Shown one piece after another: positions 53,301 to 58,932 of a stretch of 58,932 nt of DNA. Source of the stretch: Nemertoderma westbladi (Eukaryota; Animalia; Xenacoelomorpha); assembly GCA_032718475.1 (NCBI GenBank), contig JAUCBJ010003314.1, forward strand, positions 1 to 58,932. Direction: 5' to 3'. Each line of letters starts with the position of its first letter. Positions within the stretch are counted from its first letter, which is position 1. Under the pieces are notes generated by a model. That model saw only the letters and a program-made list of their open reading frames with translations. It was not told where the DNA came from and made no database searches. The translations under genes and the position numbers were made by a program.

Positions 53301-56112
53301 ATAGCCTATGCCTCTTACACCGAGATGGCCACTGGCAGGTCCATTCATACTAGCGACTGGGCCCAGGAACACAAGAACCTGCTGCGAAGGTACTATTCCG
53401 CTATTCGAACTTGATGGTACAACACCCTTCAACATCCGACTCCGCCGAGTAATGTCCAACATTATAACCGAAGTGCTCTCTGGACCCCCTCCTCATGAGA
53501 GCTACAGTGACTTTGTCTGTTGATGTCACGAGTGGCTCACCCCTTTAAGCAGCAGTGGGTGGAAGATAACCAATCCTAAGACTGGGAAGACTGTTCTGTT
53601 GGCTTCCTGTTCACAGACCCCAAGCAAATGTATGGTGTTCAGATGGGGGAGTTTCTACGCATACTCTGTCGCCATACATACTGTCGCCATGCCGACCACT
53701 GTCGCCATGCCGACCACTGTCGCTATGCCGACCACTGTCGCCATGCCGACCACTGTCGCAATGCCGACCACTGTCGCCATGCCGACCACTGTCGCCATGC
53801 CGACCACACAACAAATACACCCTATCCCATCTGTGATGGCCACACCTGATGTTCTACTCAGCTTCAGCAAGCACAAATCCACCACAGTATGGGTGCAGCA
53901 TGCATCAAGTAAGATGAACTGCAGGTGGGACAGTGTGAAGATTGCAGATCAGGCATTGCTGCGTAGCCTGAGCAACAGCCTTACAATGGAGGATCGAAAC
54001 CGGGCACGTAATGGCAATTGCCTAGCCATAAATAAGTGACTTAAGGCGACAAAGGTCAATCACACGGCGCGCAGCCTGCATTTGCGCATACGCCTCGTGT
54101 CCTTTGGAGATAAACATGGACATACTGGGATATACCTGATAGACAGCCTCTCGGCGTACTTTGGCGGTACAACATACTCACCTTGGGCTTCCAACGGCTT
54201 CACCTATCAACGGCCGTGGCCAGACGCTGCGCCGCGCCTGTGAATATAGTGGCAACACAGGCGTGATATGGGATATCATGCGTGTGGTTACTTCTGGACA
54301 GCTCAAGTCATTACCTGATGTGAGCATGGCTTTTCATGCCAATACGAGAGAAGCTTGGAACATAGTGTTGGCCTTATCAGCCAATGCACCCTTTCGTGCT
54401 CGGGCCCAACAAGCTGAGGCGGCCATTCGAAACACATGCGGTCATACCACAGCTGACTACCTGCTCGAGGCTGGGCAGGTTAGGAACTTTAATCGGTGTA
54501 CTTCTTAGTCCCCCTATAGCAGGATGGATTCATGGCAACATAGTCCATGAAGCAGCTATACGCGTGGCTATGGGACAAGACACCCACTCACGAGCTCTCA
54601 AAGATCAATTAGACCTTGCAGAGACTGACCACTTGGTACCCGCTGACAAGAGAGCGTGCATATCTGACTACACAAGGGTATAGGGTTTTGTTTTACATGG
54701 ATCAAGTGCTATTAAGCGAGTGCCATGGCCCCAGTGACTCACACATTCGCCCGAGGATGCAATTACAGCCGTAATTACAGCTGCCATACACCCCCCTAAG
54801 CCATCCCCCACAACCCACCCCCTCCACCCAGAACCCCCTCCCACCCTCCATCACTACATCTAGTACTACTACTACTAGGTCGAGCGAACTCGGACAGTGG
54901 AAATGAGATCCTTCCAGGCTTCCCGATTCTCCATAGTTGTTGCAATTTCGTTTCTCCCAAGTTCAGTATCCCTTTCAAGTTGATCTTGATTGAGTTGGTT
55001 GCCAGAGAAGTAGATCTGGTATGACCTCGTCTTTACTTCGCCAGCAGTGCCCACTGAATCTTAATCTGCGTTCACGGAGGGTGGTTGATACAGGTGGTAT
55101 TGTACCATAAAGCTCGGCGTTTGGCATGTGTTGTCTCCAGCTGATGTTTAGGGCTGCCCTTAGTAGTCTTGTGTAGCAACCATCAATTCGTTGTTCAAGT
55201 GATTTTGTCAGTGTCCTATCCAGGTCTCACCCCCGTATAAAAATACACTTTCCACTGTGGCTCGAAAGAACTTAGTCTTCAGGTGCCTGGAGAGATCTGA
55301 TTTCCAGATGGTATCCATTTTTGATAGAGCTACCCAAGCCTTTTGCTACATCTACTACTAACCACTAACGGGTATTTGTGTGTGGTAGAACCACCATGAC
55401 TCATCCTCAGATGATGTGGTGATTGCCACATTGACGGCTATATATATATATATTAGAAAGCTTTCATTACAAGGAATCTACTTATCTAACAATGTCTGAA
55501 TGTCGTTGAGAAACAACTCAGTTATATATAGGGAGGGGTTCAAAGATTGCAAGTTTGCATTATTGTTTGCTGAAGGTCATTTATGCTATTTAATAAATAA
55601 ACAACATTCTAGTATGTGTCATATATTGCATGAAATTCCACTAATAGTGCATCCAGCAACCCACTCCTGAATGCGGATAAGTTGACATAATGTAACAAAA
55701 TTACATATATATCATCGTATGGTAGAAGGCATTATTCCACCTCCACCTTAAATACCCACATTTATTTATGTAAACCTCCTTTGATGTATTCGTTTGGTAC
55801 ATTAATACCCTCATGTCATAACACTAAAATTACTAAAAATGTAAAATATAGTTAAACAAAAACTATAATAAAAATAAAATTTTGTAAAAAAAAAAGGAAA
55901 TTTTGTAATATTTATTGTTTATTAATATTTTAATTTTAATATTTAATATATTAATATTTATTTAATTAAAATTGATTTGTTAGATTTCATCATACATCCT
56001 CAAGAATGTGAAGGGCCTATGAGCCAATGGTATGACAGAGATGACCCCACAGCTACTGGTGATTGGGAGGATCTGAATTCACTAATATCCCTCAACAGCC
56101 AAGCTGAACAAT
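8204..56112 (+). CDS. Multi-exon gene (partial at both ends) encoding a tandem CysD/WxxW-domain protein (mucin CysD / CILP-like). join(8204..8389,25590..25712,26290..26475,27170..27289,35494..35679,36813..36935,37291..37473,40700..40822,41064..41249,41878..42003,42456..42641,44346..44471,45047..45232,48264..48383,50030..50215,55984..56112)
   Basis: All 16 exons are bounded by AG/GT, are phase 1-1, have lengths divisible by 3 and contain no stops (2475 nt in total). The repeat unit C-x-GP-x-SQWYDRDNP-x2-TGDWEDL...W-F-x2-HNC-x2-P-x3-E-x-RT...TGD...GL-x-C-x-N-x-DQ...C-x-DYEIRFCCP matches the WxxW/CysD domain pattern of gel-forming mucins and CILP. Confidence 0.9.
8570..18877. repeat. 51-bp satellite, ~200 units, intronic
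   Basis: Consensus GGTAATTCTCATTTCTTGCTTGGCTCTCCGTATGTTTCTTTCAC(TTTTCTC/GTTTCTT); both array ends share TTTCACGTTTCTT; higher-order duplications are visible. Confidence 0.97.
20628..22463 (+). pseudogene. piggyBac transposase pseudogene (PGBD3-like)
   Basis: LHFNDN, LSFDEQVIPFKGRSTLKKYHPKKPHKWGY, VKWHDNK and C-terminal Cys-rich RGRCKLPGC...CLKCHVHLCLN..RNCF; frameshifts and internal deletions. The start is approximate. Confidence 0.85.
21911..22024. repeat. 43-bp tandem repeat (~2.6 copies) at a deletion breakpoint in the piggyBac transposase
   Basis: TGGCTCCTGATGAGCCAAACA recurs at 21918, 21961 and 22004. Confidence 0.85.
22570..24544 (-). mobile_element. RTE-clade LINE family 1, internally deleted but retaining its 5' UTR
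   Basis: APE motifs (KIATMNARTL, IDIICIQEHR, GGVGILLS), RT motifs (GVLQGDTLAP, DFADD), (TAG)n tail; 14-bp TSD ATTGTAGC(A/G)AATAT at 22556-22569 and 24545-24558. Confidence 0.88.
25590..25712 (+). CDS. Exon A2, N-terminal half of CysD/WxxW domain
   Basis: ttgcag|AA...GAA T|gttagt; EEDHPECDGAISQWYDRDNPSGTGDWEELSSLLSSNNQADE(W). Confidence 0.88.
25818..26133 (-). mobile_element. Bipartite non-autonomous RTE family-1 element (5' UTR joined to 3' tail)
   Basis: Near-identical to 24181-24432, then TCGACCTAGTAGTAG; 13-bp TSD AAATC(T/G)ACAGTAC at 25805-25817 and 26134-26146. Confidence 0.85.
26290..26475 (+). CDS. Exon B2
   Basis: tttcag|GG...CCG G|gtaggt; FKAHNCFQPVFSEARTAQTHINALATGDTFHMYSADGLICRNSDQSNGNQCDDYEIRFCCP. 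Confidence 0.9.
26463..27045. repeat. 23-bp minisatellite (~25 units) derived from the exon B2 3' end and splice donor
   Basis: Unit CTG(C/G)TGTCCGG|GTAGGTTTGTTC; the first unit overlaps codons TGC TGT CCG G and the donor. Confidence 0.95.
27170..27289 (+). CDS. Exon A3
   Basis: aaacag|GT...CAA T|gtatgt; GSPSQCPGPLSQWYDRDNPTATGDWEDLNSLLSTNNQAEQ(W). Confidence 0.88.
27438..27807 (-). mobile_element. RTE LINE family 2, 5'-truncated 3' fragment
   Basis: RLHFAGHCFRREDQPVHNLVLWQP, matching 52930-53283 and 57950-58298; possible TSD ATAGATAAATA. Confidence 0.8.
28842..29021 (+). repeat. 5' LTR (180 bp)
   Basis: TGTGGCG...CCCCACA; appears identical to 33028-33207. Confidence 0.95.
29024..29036 (+). 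promoter_or_regulatory. Primer-binding site, tRNA-Trp type
   Basis: TGGTGACCCGGAC, 2 nt after the LTR; resembles the complement of the metazoan tRNA-Trp 3' end (TGGTGACCCCGAC). Confidence 0.75.
29064..29834 (+). CDS. gag: Gag protein (256 aa)
   Basis: KLPIFWTADPEVWFVQAEAQF, LGDRLPS, and the CHCC knuckle CYFH-x9-C-x4-C typical of CsRn1-like elements. Confidence 0.9.
   Translation: MAQPVLTEEQLDALAKTLANRVPPSSAGTSSLTGPYVTAVALKLPIFWTADPEVWFVQAEAQFASRAPAITADQTKFNHVVSALDNSTAVEVRAMLLNPPAIGRYDALKTALIEAFGKTQAVKDNELLNLHGLGDRLPSALLRRMKGLNADPETIFRALFLAQLPIDVRRVLAATATTDLDDLAREADRIVQAGQFNTGSVAAATRQPQQMQKNLCYFHSRFGDKARNCDRDRCPMAHLLPAKTPKLAAGNALAGR
29762..32971 (+). CDS. pol: Pol polyprotein (protease, RT, RNase H, integrase), expressed by frameshift
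   Basis: FLVDSGA; WRPCGDYRRLN, MPFGLKNA, YLDD; VDAS, YSTFDRELLA, TDHKPL; HHCC zinc finger, VDLVGP, SDRGPQF, NGMVERLHR; GPY/F module PYDGPFRV. Confidence 0.95.
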   Translation: MSHGPPTASQNTQTGCGKRIGRPLVAAVGPSPSPTFSTSLSFPTENVSKTFSSALTMKSGAMTVWDWRSGRTFLVDSGADESVYPASTNDRHGTHSADLIAANGSIIRTYGKRDISLILGNNRTFVQSFWIAEVTQPILGADFFITNRLAIDLAGRQLLSLDHLRPIPAKAARPTQVSGLHLVRSGFEAILDDFPELLIPRFRPDDPVRHNTEHHIVTEGPPVHARARRLDGEKLAIAKAEFDEMERLGIVRRSASPWSSPLHIAPKPSGGWRPCGDYRRLNDITIDDGYPLPHLQDFNNNLAGKRFFSVIDLVRGFHHIPMHADDIAKTAIITPFGLYEFLRMPFGLKNAAQAFQRLMDGILQGIDYVFVYLDDILVSSSTAEEHAEHLRQVFRLLAANGLVVNRRKSLFGESELQYLGHLVSTTGISPLPSRVDAIINVPIPTSKLELQRFLGMINFYRRFMPYLASKLNPLHEATAGKGQSITWTYACNEAFVAAKSALADATLLHHPDPSVPTSVTVDASNNGVGAELAQLQKGTWKPISFFSRKLSAAEKNYSTFDRELLAIYEAIRHFRQYVEGKPLTVYTDHKPLVFAFSSDSNRSPRQTRHLSLIAEYTTDVRHISGKGNIVADTLSRAVCASAAIALPTIDYTKLAADQGCEEINAYRTAITGMTLVDVQLTNNVSILCDTSTGKPRPIVPATWTHRIFGAIHGLSHPGPRPTQRAISARFVWHGLKRDVRRWCRECHPCQASKVTQHVHAPVTQRPTPERRFGSLHVDLVGPLPESEGNVYLFTIIDRFTRWPEAIPITNSETVTCVRSLIRGWISRFGIPNDITSDRGPQFTSCLWSELGATLGISTSNTTAYHPAANGMVERLHRQLKAALKARLTGHNWMDELPLVLLGIRTAWREGTNASAAELVYGTALRVPGEFVPDTSRATAPSDAFLRQLQADMRAIQPPPVVFHADPPVHMPAALDKATHVYIRHDAHRTPLQRPYDGPFRVLQAGDKSFIVDRNGKEYTVSVDRLKAAYLPMQPPPQPIPQPQQPPGSPLPATVTRSGRHVRRPARFPD
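29810..29849 (+). promoter_or_regulatory. -1 programmed ribosomal frameshift signal
   Basis: G_GGA_AAC in the gag frame (29810-29816), a 5-nt spacer, and an 11-bp stem GGCCGGCCGCT/AGCGGTCGGCC; pol is in the -1 frame. Confidence 0.85.
33016..33027 (+). other. Polypurine tract
   Basis: GGGGGGAGGCAC immediately before the 3' LTR. Confidence 0.75.
33028..33207 (+). repeat. 3' LTR (180 bp)
   Basis: Direct repeat of 28842-29021. Confidence 0.95.
34051..34225. repeat. 22-bp minisatellite (~8 units)
   Basis: GTT(G/T)CCC(G/A)CAGTGTTTCATGA(G/T) repeated. Confidence 0.85.
34234..35443 (-). mobile_element. Non-autonomous piggyBac-type element, copy 2 (inverted relative to copy 1, internal deletion)
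   Basis: TTAA at 34230-34233 and 35444-35447; reverse complement of 5472-7038 lacking roughly 6640-7010. Confidence 0.85.
35494..35679 (+). CDS. Exon B3
   Basis: tcacag|GG...CCC G|gtaagt; FSGHNCLNPISAEGRTVQTHINAMATGDALYMYSGNGLICRNSDQTGNIQCQDYEVQFCCP. Confidence 0.9.
35759..36468. mobile_element. Possible MITE with GTGGGGGACT...AGTCCCCCCCCAC ends and an internal ~55-bp direct repeat
   Basis: Imperfect terminal inverted repeat; GCCGACCACT(T/C)GCGACTTACTCTCAGTTCACTGGGTCGAATAGTCGCCT at ~35952 and ~36154; no clear TSD. Confidence 0.45.
36813..36935 (+). CDS. Exon A4
   Basis: aaacag|AA...CAA T|gtgagt; EESQRDCEGPMSQWYDRDNPTATGDWEDLATLLSTNSQAEQ(W). Confidence 0.88.
37291..37473 (+). CDS. Exon B4 (one codon shorter)
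   Basis: tttcag|GG...CCC A|gtatgt; FSNHNCLEPIFSEGRTTAYHIDALSTGDILAMYSADGLVCKNSDQNNDQCQDYEIRFCCP. Confidence 0.9.
37949..40612. repeat. 35-bp satellite, ~76 units, intronic
   Basis: Unit GTGGAGTCCCACATAGATAGCATAGGATCCTGTGA; homogeneous centre with degenerate edges. Confidence 0.97.
40700..40822 (+). CDS. Exon A5
   Basis: taacag|AG...CAA T|gtgagt; KRGVDQCDGPISQWYDRDNPSGTGDWEDLNSLLLYNSQAEQ(W). Confidence 0.85.
41064..41249 (+). CDS. Exon B5
   Basis: ttgcag|GG...CCT G|gtatgt; FTSHKCLDPESSEARTTQSNIDATATGDILAMYSGDGLICKNSDQSSGAYCHDYEIRYCCP. Confidence 0.9.
41878..42003 (+). CDS. Exon A6
   Basis: atatag|AA...CAA T|gttaga; EEQQHDECNGPMSQWYDRDNPSGTGDWEDLNSLLSTNAQAEQ(W). Confidence 0.85.
42456..42641 (+). 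CDS. Exon B6
   Basis: ctacag|GG...CCC G|gtacgt; FSQHNCLEPISSEARTIQTQIDAWATGDSISMYSADGLICKNIEQSSGRQCHDYEIRFCCP. Confidence 0.9.
43820..44255. mobile_element. Fold-back (long inverted repeat) non-autonomous element, copy 1
   Basis: Arms ~43863-44017 and ~44101-44249 are reverse complements (e.g. GATCTTCAAAATGTATAATCTCCAG / CTGGAGATTATACATTTTGAAGATC); related to 56466-58622. Confidence 0.75.
44346..44471 (+). CDS. Exon A7
   Basis: atatag|AA...CAA T|gtgaga; EEQQHDDCDGPISQWYDRDNPSGTGDWEDLNSLMSTNAQADQ(W). Confidence 0.85.
44692..44927 (-). mobile_element. tRNA-derived SINE with Deu/Nin-like core and structured 3' part
   Basis: Minus strand GGCGGGATAGCTCAG...GGTTCAGCCCC head, then ACTCAGCCTTTCATCCTCTGGGATCGATAAAATGAGTACCAG. 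Confidence 0.75.
45047..45232 (+). CDS. Exon B7
   Basis: gtacag|GG...CCT G|gtatgt; FSQHNCLEPISSEARTIQTHIDAWSTGDNLSMYSADGLICKNSAQSSGRQCQDYEIRFCCP. Confidence 0.9.
45696..48083 (+). pseudogene. Sola1-type DDD transposase pseudogene
   Basis: WKRNKNKRRR, VRVCK-x2-FLGTLG, MESHYCR, PKKDQCDIC, MDTEAVL-x-CP, YYKMKLTIHN, SDGCTYQNRN and EKGHTQMKCDSVHAAIE; stop at 46413 and frameshifts. Confidence 0.85.
46454..46576. mobile_element. 123-bp MITE inside the Sola1 transposase
   Basis: TIR AGTGATGGATTCAGG / CCTGAATCCATCACT plus an inner inverted repeat CCCCACTTC / GAAGTGGGG. Confidence 0.7.
48264..48383 (+). CDS. Exon A8
   Basis: ttgtag|GG...CAA T|gttagt; GTNYQCPGLMSQWFDRDNPTGTGDWEDLSSLILYDAQATQ(W). Confidence 0.88.
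48464..48770. mobile_element. PIF/Harbinger-type (Tourist-like) MITE, 307 bp
   Basis: TAA TSD (48461-48463 and 48771-48773); TIR AGCCCCGTTCACATCCAACGG vs AGGCCCGTTCATATCCAACGG. Confidence 0.85.
50030..50215 (+). CDS. Exon B8
   Basis: ttacag|GG...CCA G|gtaggc; LSQHHCLEPTSSEGRTVNTHIDPWTTGDTLSMYSADGLVCKNDDQSDGHQCSDYEIRYCCP. Confidence 0.9.
51605..53283 (+). mobile_element. RTE LINE family 2, degenerate with internal deletions
   Basis: End of APE domain (WTH...SQIDHIL...SDH), GILQGDTLAP, DFADDL, FCYLGSW and RLRFAGHC; TAGTAGTAG tail. The start is approximate. Confidence 0.85.
53681..53807. repeat. 18-bp minisatellite (~7 units)
   Basis: CTGTCGCCATGCCGACCA repeated. Confidence 0.9.
54863..55345 (-). 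mobile_element. RTE LINE family 1, 5'-truncated 3' fragment
   Basis: Matches 22570-23085; (TAG)n tail; TSD CTACATCTA at 54854-54862 and 55346-55354. Confidence 0.85.
55984..56112 (+). CDS. Exon A9
   Basis: tgttag|AT...CAA T|gttagt; DFIIHPQECEGPMSQWYDRDDPTATGDWEDLNSLISLNSQAEQ(W). Confidence 0.85.
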
Positions 56113-56465
56113 GTTAGTATAAAACAACAATATATTAATAATATAATCAAACAAGTATATTGCATATTTATTTATTAGGTTCAGTTAATGTGATCTGTTA
56201 TAACGATCCGTAAACTGTTATAATTATCGGTTTAATAATATTGTTACTTCTAGAAGCTAGCAGATAACAGTATTCTAGGGGGGTAGAGCATTTTCTGACC
56301 AAAACGTCGAATTTTTGAAACATATCCTATCTGATGCAGAATTTCAGGCTGAATCCAAATATGGAAAACGTTTTCCCATATCTTACTTAGTTTTCGAGAT
56401 ATCATGGATAGAAGATACTGGCTCCGATATATTGCAATATTGGTAAAGGCGATGAAGTTTGGGGT

Positions 56466-58622
56466 TCGCATTCAATTTCTGCCAATTTCTGTGCTCAGTG
56501 GTGCTAATTGGTTGTCTCCACGAGAAAGAGCACAAAATTTTAATTGAGATGGTATTTTCTTATTATTATTGGACCTACTGATCAGTTTATAAGACAACTT
56601 CAAGTCTCAAGAATGAAGATGGGACTTGAATAAGCGACTCTGCGGTCTTTGCAGGATTACATGGAATAGACTTATCGGTCATCGGAAATCTTCAAAATGT
56701 ATAATCTCCAGTTCTAGTGGTCGTATGGAATTCGTTTTGGGCTCATTCGAAAGCTCTTTTCTCAAGGACCAAAGTTACCATTTGGTTTGGCAAACTCTTG
56801 AAAGCTGCCTGAGCAATCGTAACTTGAACAAAATTTGCAAGGCATATTTTACCCAAATTCATGTTATGTTTCTTTACAACCATTTTATCTTCACACTACA
56901 GCTGAGCAACAGGTATGAGGTTCTTGCCTCTGAGGCGGCAGATCACTGCCTTCACAGAAGCAGTTAAGTTAGCAGCTGCAGAAACAGTTCCTGTATACCC
57001 TCGAAACAGGAAAAGGGCCCCCTGGACTGACAACAAAATCCAGAAGTGCCGAAATGACCTATATAAGGCGCAGAAAGAGTCCCGACCCAAACAGACTACA
57101 GCGGCCAAGAATGCAGTTAAGGCTACATCTAGGTCCTTGAACAGGCAGTACTCTGTTACTCTACAGGAGCTAATAAGCCAACAGGTTGATGCCATCAATG
57201 ATGCTGACGACAGCAGGCAATCATCCCAGGCATGGAAATCAATCAACTTGCTGGCTTACTGGGCGGAAAAGCCAACCAGCCACCAAGGTTAAGGCTGAAT
57301 CACCAGCCGATTGCCTCAATGGTTGGAAGGCCCACTTTGAAAAGCTCCTCAATAATGACAGGGTATTGCCTGATAACTTTATAGAAGTCTTTATAAAAGA
57401 ACTCCCAGATATTCCCATTGGCGATATCTCCTTTGCAGAAGTGAAGGCTGGTGCAAAGAGCATTAATACCAATCGTGCCAGTGGAGTAGATGGTGTTCCC
57501 CCTGAGGTCTTTAAAATACCTGAGTTTTTAAAGCTCATCTATCCCATCATAGTAGACATGTACCGAACAACAAGAGTCCCACAAGAAATGAAAATAAATA
57601 AGTTGATGCCAGTTCCCAAGAAGGGCAACCTAACACTATGGTTCTTTCGGGGAATCTCATGATCTCGATTGCTGCAAAGCTATACAATATAATTATATTA
57701 AATCGCATCAGGGATCCCATTGAGAGACTGCTCCATGGAAATCTGAATGGGTTCCGTAAAGGTCATGGGACCATGGAGCCCATTTTGGCACTTAGAAGGA
57801 TAATTGAAGAGTTATAAAAAAAGAAAGACAGGCATCTGGCTGTTATCTTTGTTGACTTCTTCAAGTCCTTTGACCCCTCAAACTGTTGAGGACACCAAAT
57901 CTCTGGATGGCACATTCACAAGAATGCTACGCCGGGTTCATTGTCTCAAGTACAATGCACACATCTCCAACCAGACACTATATAACATTGGAGATGTCTC
58001 ATTGGTTCCCCCAAGCTTGACACTAGAACAAAATCGCCACCGCTTTGCAGGACATTGCTTTCGCCGTGAGGACCAGCCAGTGCATAATCTTGTACTTTGG
58101 CAGCCTCATGGAGTGAATAAGTATGGTGGACAGCCCATGAATTTCTTGAGACACATCTTAAAGGACACTGGCCTTGAAGATGCAGATGATCTAGCAAATG
58201 TCATGGGTGATAGGGAGTTGTGGCGGCGCAATTTTGTCGACAAGCCGGCACAAGTTTCTTAAAAATGCAGCTGCAATGCAGCATGCCGATACTAGTAGAA
58301 GTTTTATCTTAAATCAAATGGTAACTTTGTTCTCTAAGAAAAGAGCTTTCGAATGAGTCTAAAAAGACCGCTAGAACTGGAGATTATACATTTTGAAGAT
58401 CTCCGATGACTGATAAGTCTAATCCATGTAATCCCACAAAGACCGCAGAGTCACTTATTTGAGTCCTGTCTTCATTCCAGAGACTTGAAGTTGTCTTATA
58501 AACTGACAAGTAGGTCCAATAATCATAAAAAAATACCTTCTCAATTAAAATGTTGTGCTCTTTCTCGTGGAGACATCCAATTGGCACCACTGAGCACAGA
58601 AATTTGCAGAAATTGAATGCAA
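56466..58622. mobile_element. Fold-back element, copy 2, split by an RTE insertion
   Basis: Arms ~56466-56785 and ~58315-58622 are reverse complements; a flanking ~130-bp module at ~56300 recurs directly at ~58810. Confidence 0.7.
56892..58301 (+). mobile_element. RTE LINE family 2, truncated and deleted copy
   Basis: Matches 51933-52280 and 52880-53283; RASGVDGVPPE, VPKKGNL; TSD TTTTATCTT at 56883-56891 and 58302-58310. Confidence 0.85.
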
Positions 58623-58932
58623 TCCTGAATGCAATGACCAATCCTGGATTACCCCTTCTCCTCTCCAACAAAGTGCGAGTCACTTCACAGGGGAGGGGAG
58701 GGGGGGGGGGGGGGGGGGGGGGGGTGGTATCTGACTTTTTTTGATTTATTCAATGTCACCCACCATAATTATCTAGGTTAAGTTAAATTAAGTTAAGAAG
58801 ATAACACAAAAGTTGGATTTTTGAAACATATCCTATCTGATGTAGAATTTCATGCTGAATCCAAATACGGAAACGTTTCGCATATCTTACTTAATTTTCG
58901 AGCTATCTGGGGTAGAAAGATACTGATATACC

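Noticed and set aside
53599-54039. (VAMPTT)n ORF as a mucin PTS exon of the CysD gene
   Set aside because: The nearest AG acceptors (53616, 53642) give phase 0 or 2 in this frame, not the required phase 1. There are only ~7 units, embedded in a decayed element.

Overview
AT-rich invertebrate (metazoan) genomic DNA with no prokaryotic features. The whole window appears to lie inside one + strand gene that the ORF track mostly misses. Sixteen short, alternating, phase-1/phase-1 exons (A type 120-129 bp, B type 183-186 bp) between 8204 and 56112 splice into an open frame of about 825 codons. This encodes 7 complete plus 2 half CysD/WxxW (Mucin2_WxxW, CILP-like 6-Cys) domains in tandem with no PTS spacers; the gene start and end lie outside the window. 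The introns are packed with repeats. Tandem arrays: a 10.3-kb 51-bp satellite, a 2.7-kb 35-bp satellite and a 23-bp minisatellite built from an exon's own splice donor. Retroelements: an intact CsRn1-like Gypsy with identical LTRs and a -1 frameshift signal, a probable solo LTR, two RTE LINE families and two tRNA-derived SINEs. DNA transposons: piggyBac, Sola1 and IS3EU-like relics plus several MITEs. The most interesting signals are (i) the split-domain exon array, whose junction codons permit A_i-B_j recombination but often turn half-domain skipping into a stop codon, (ii) intronic tandem repeats carrying 5' splice-site motifs on the sense strand, and (iii) an array of six GAAA-capped hairpins split by a piggyBac insertion. 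All calls were made by eye; no searches or folding programs were run.
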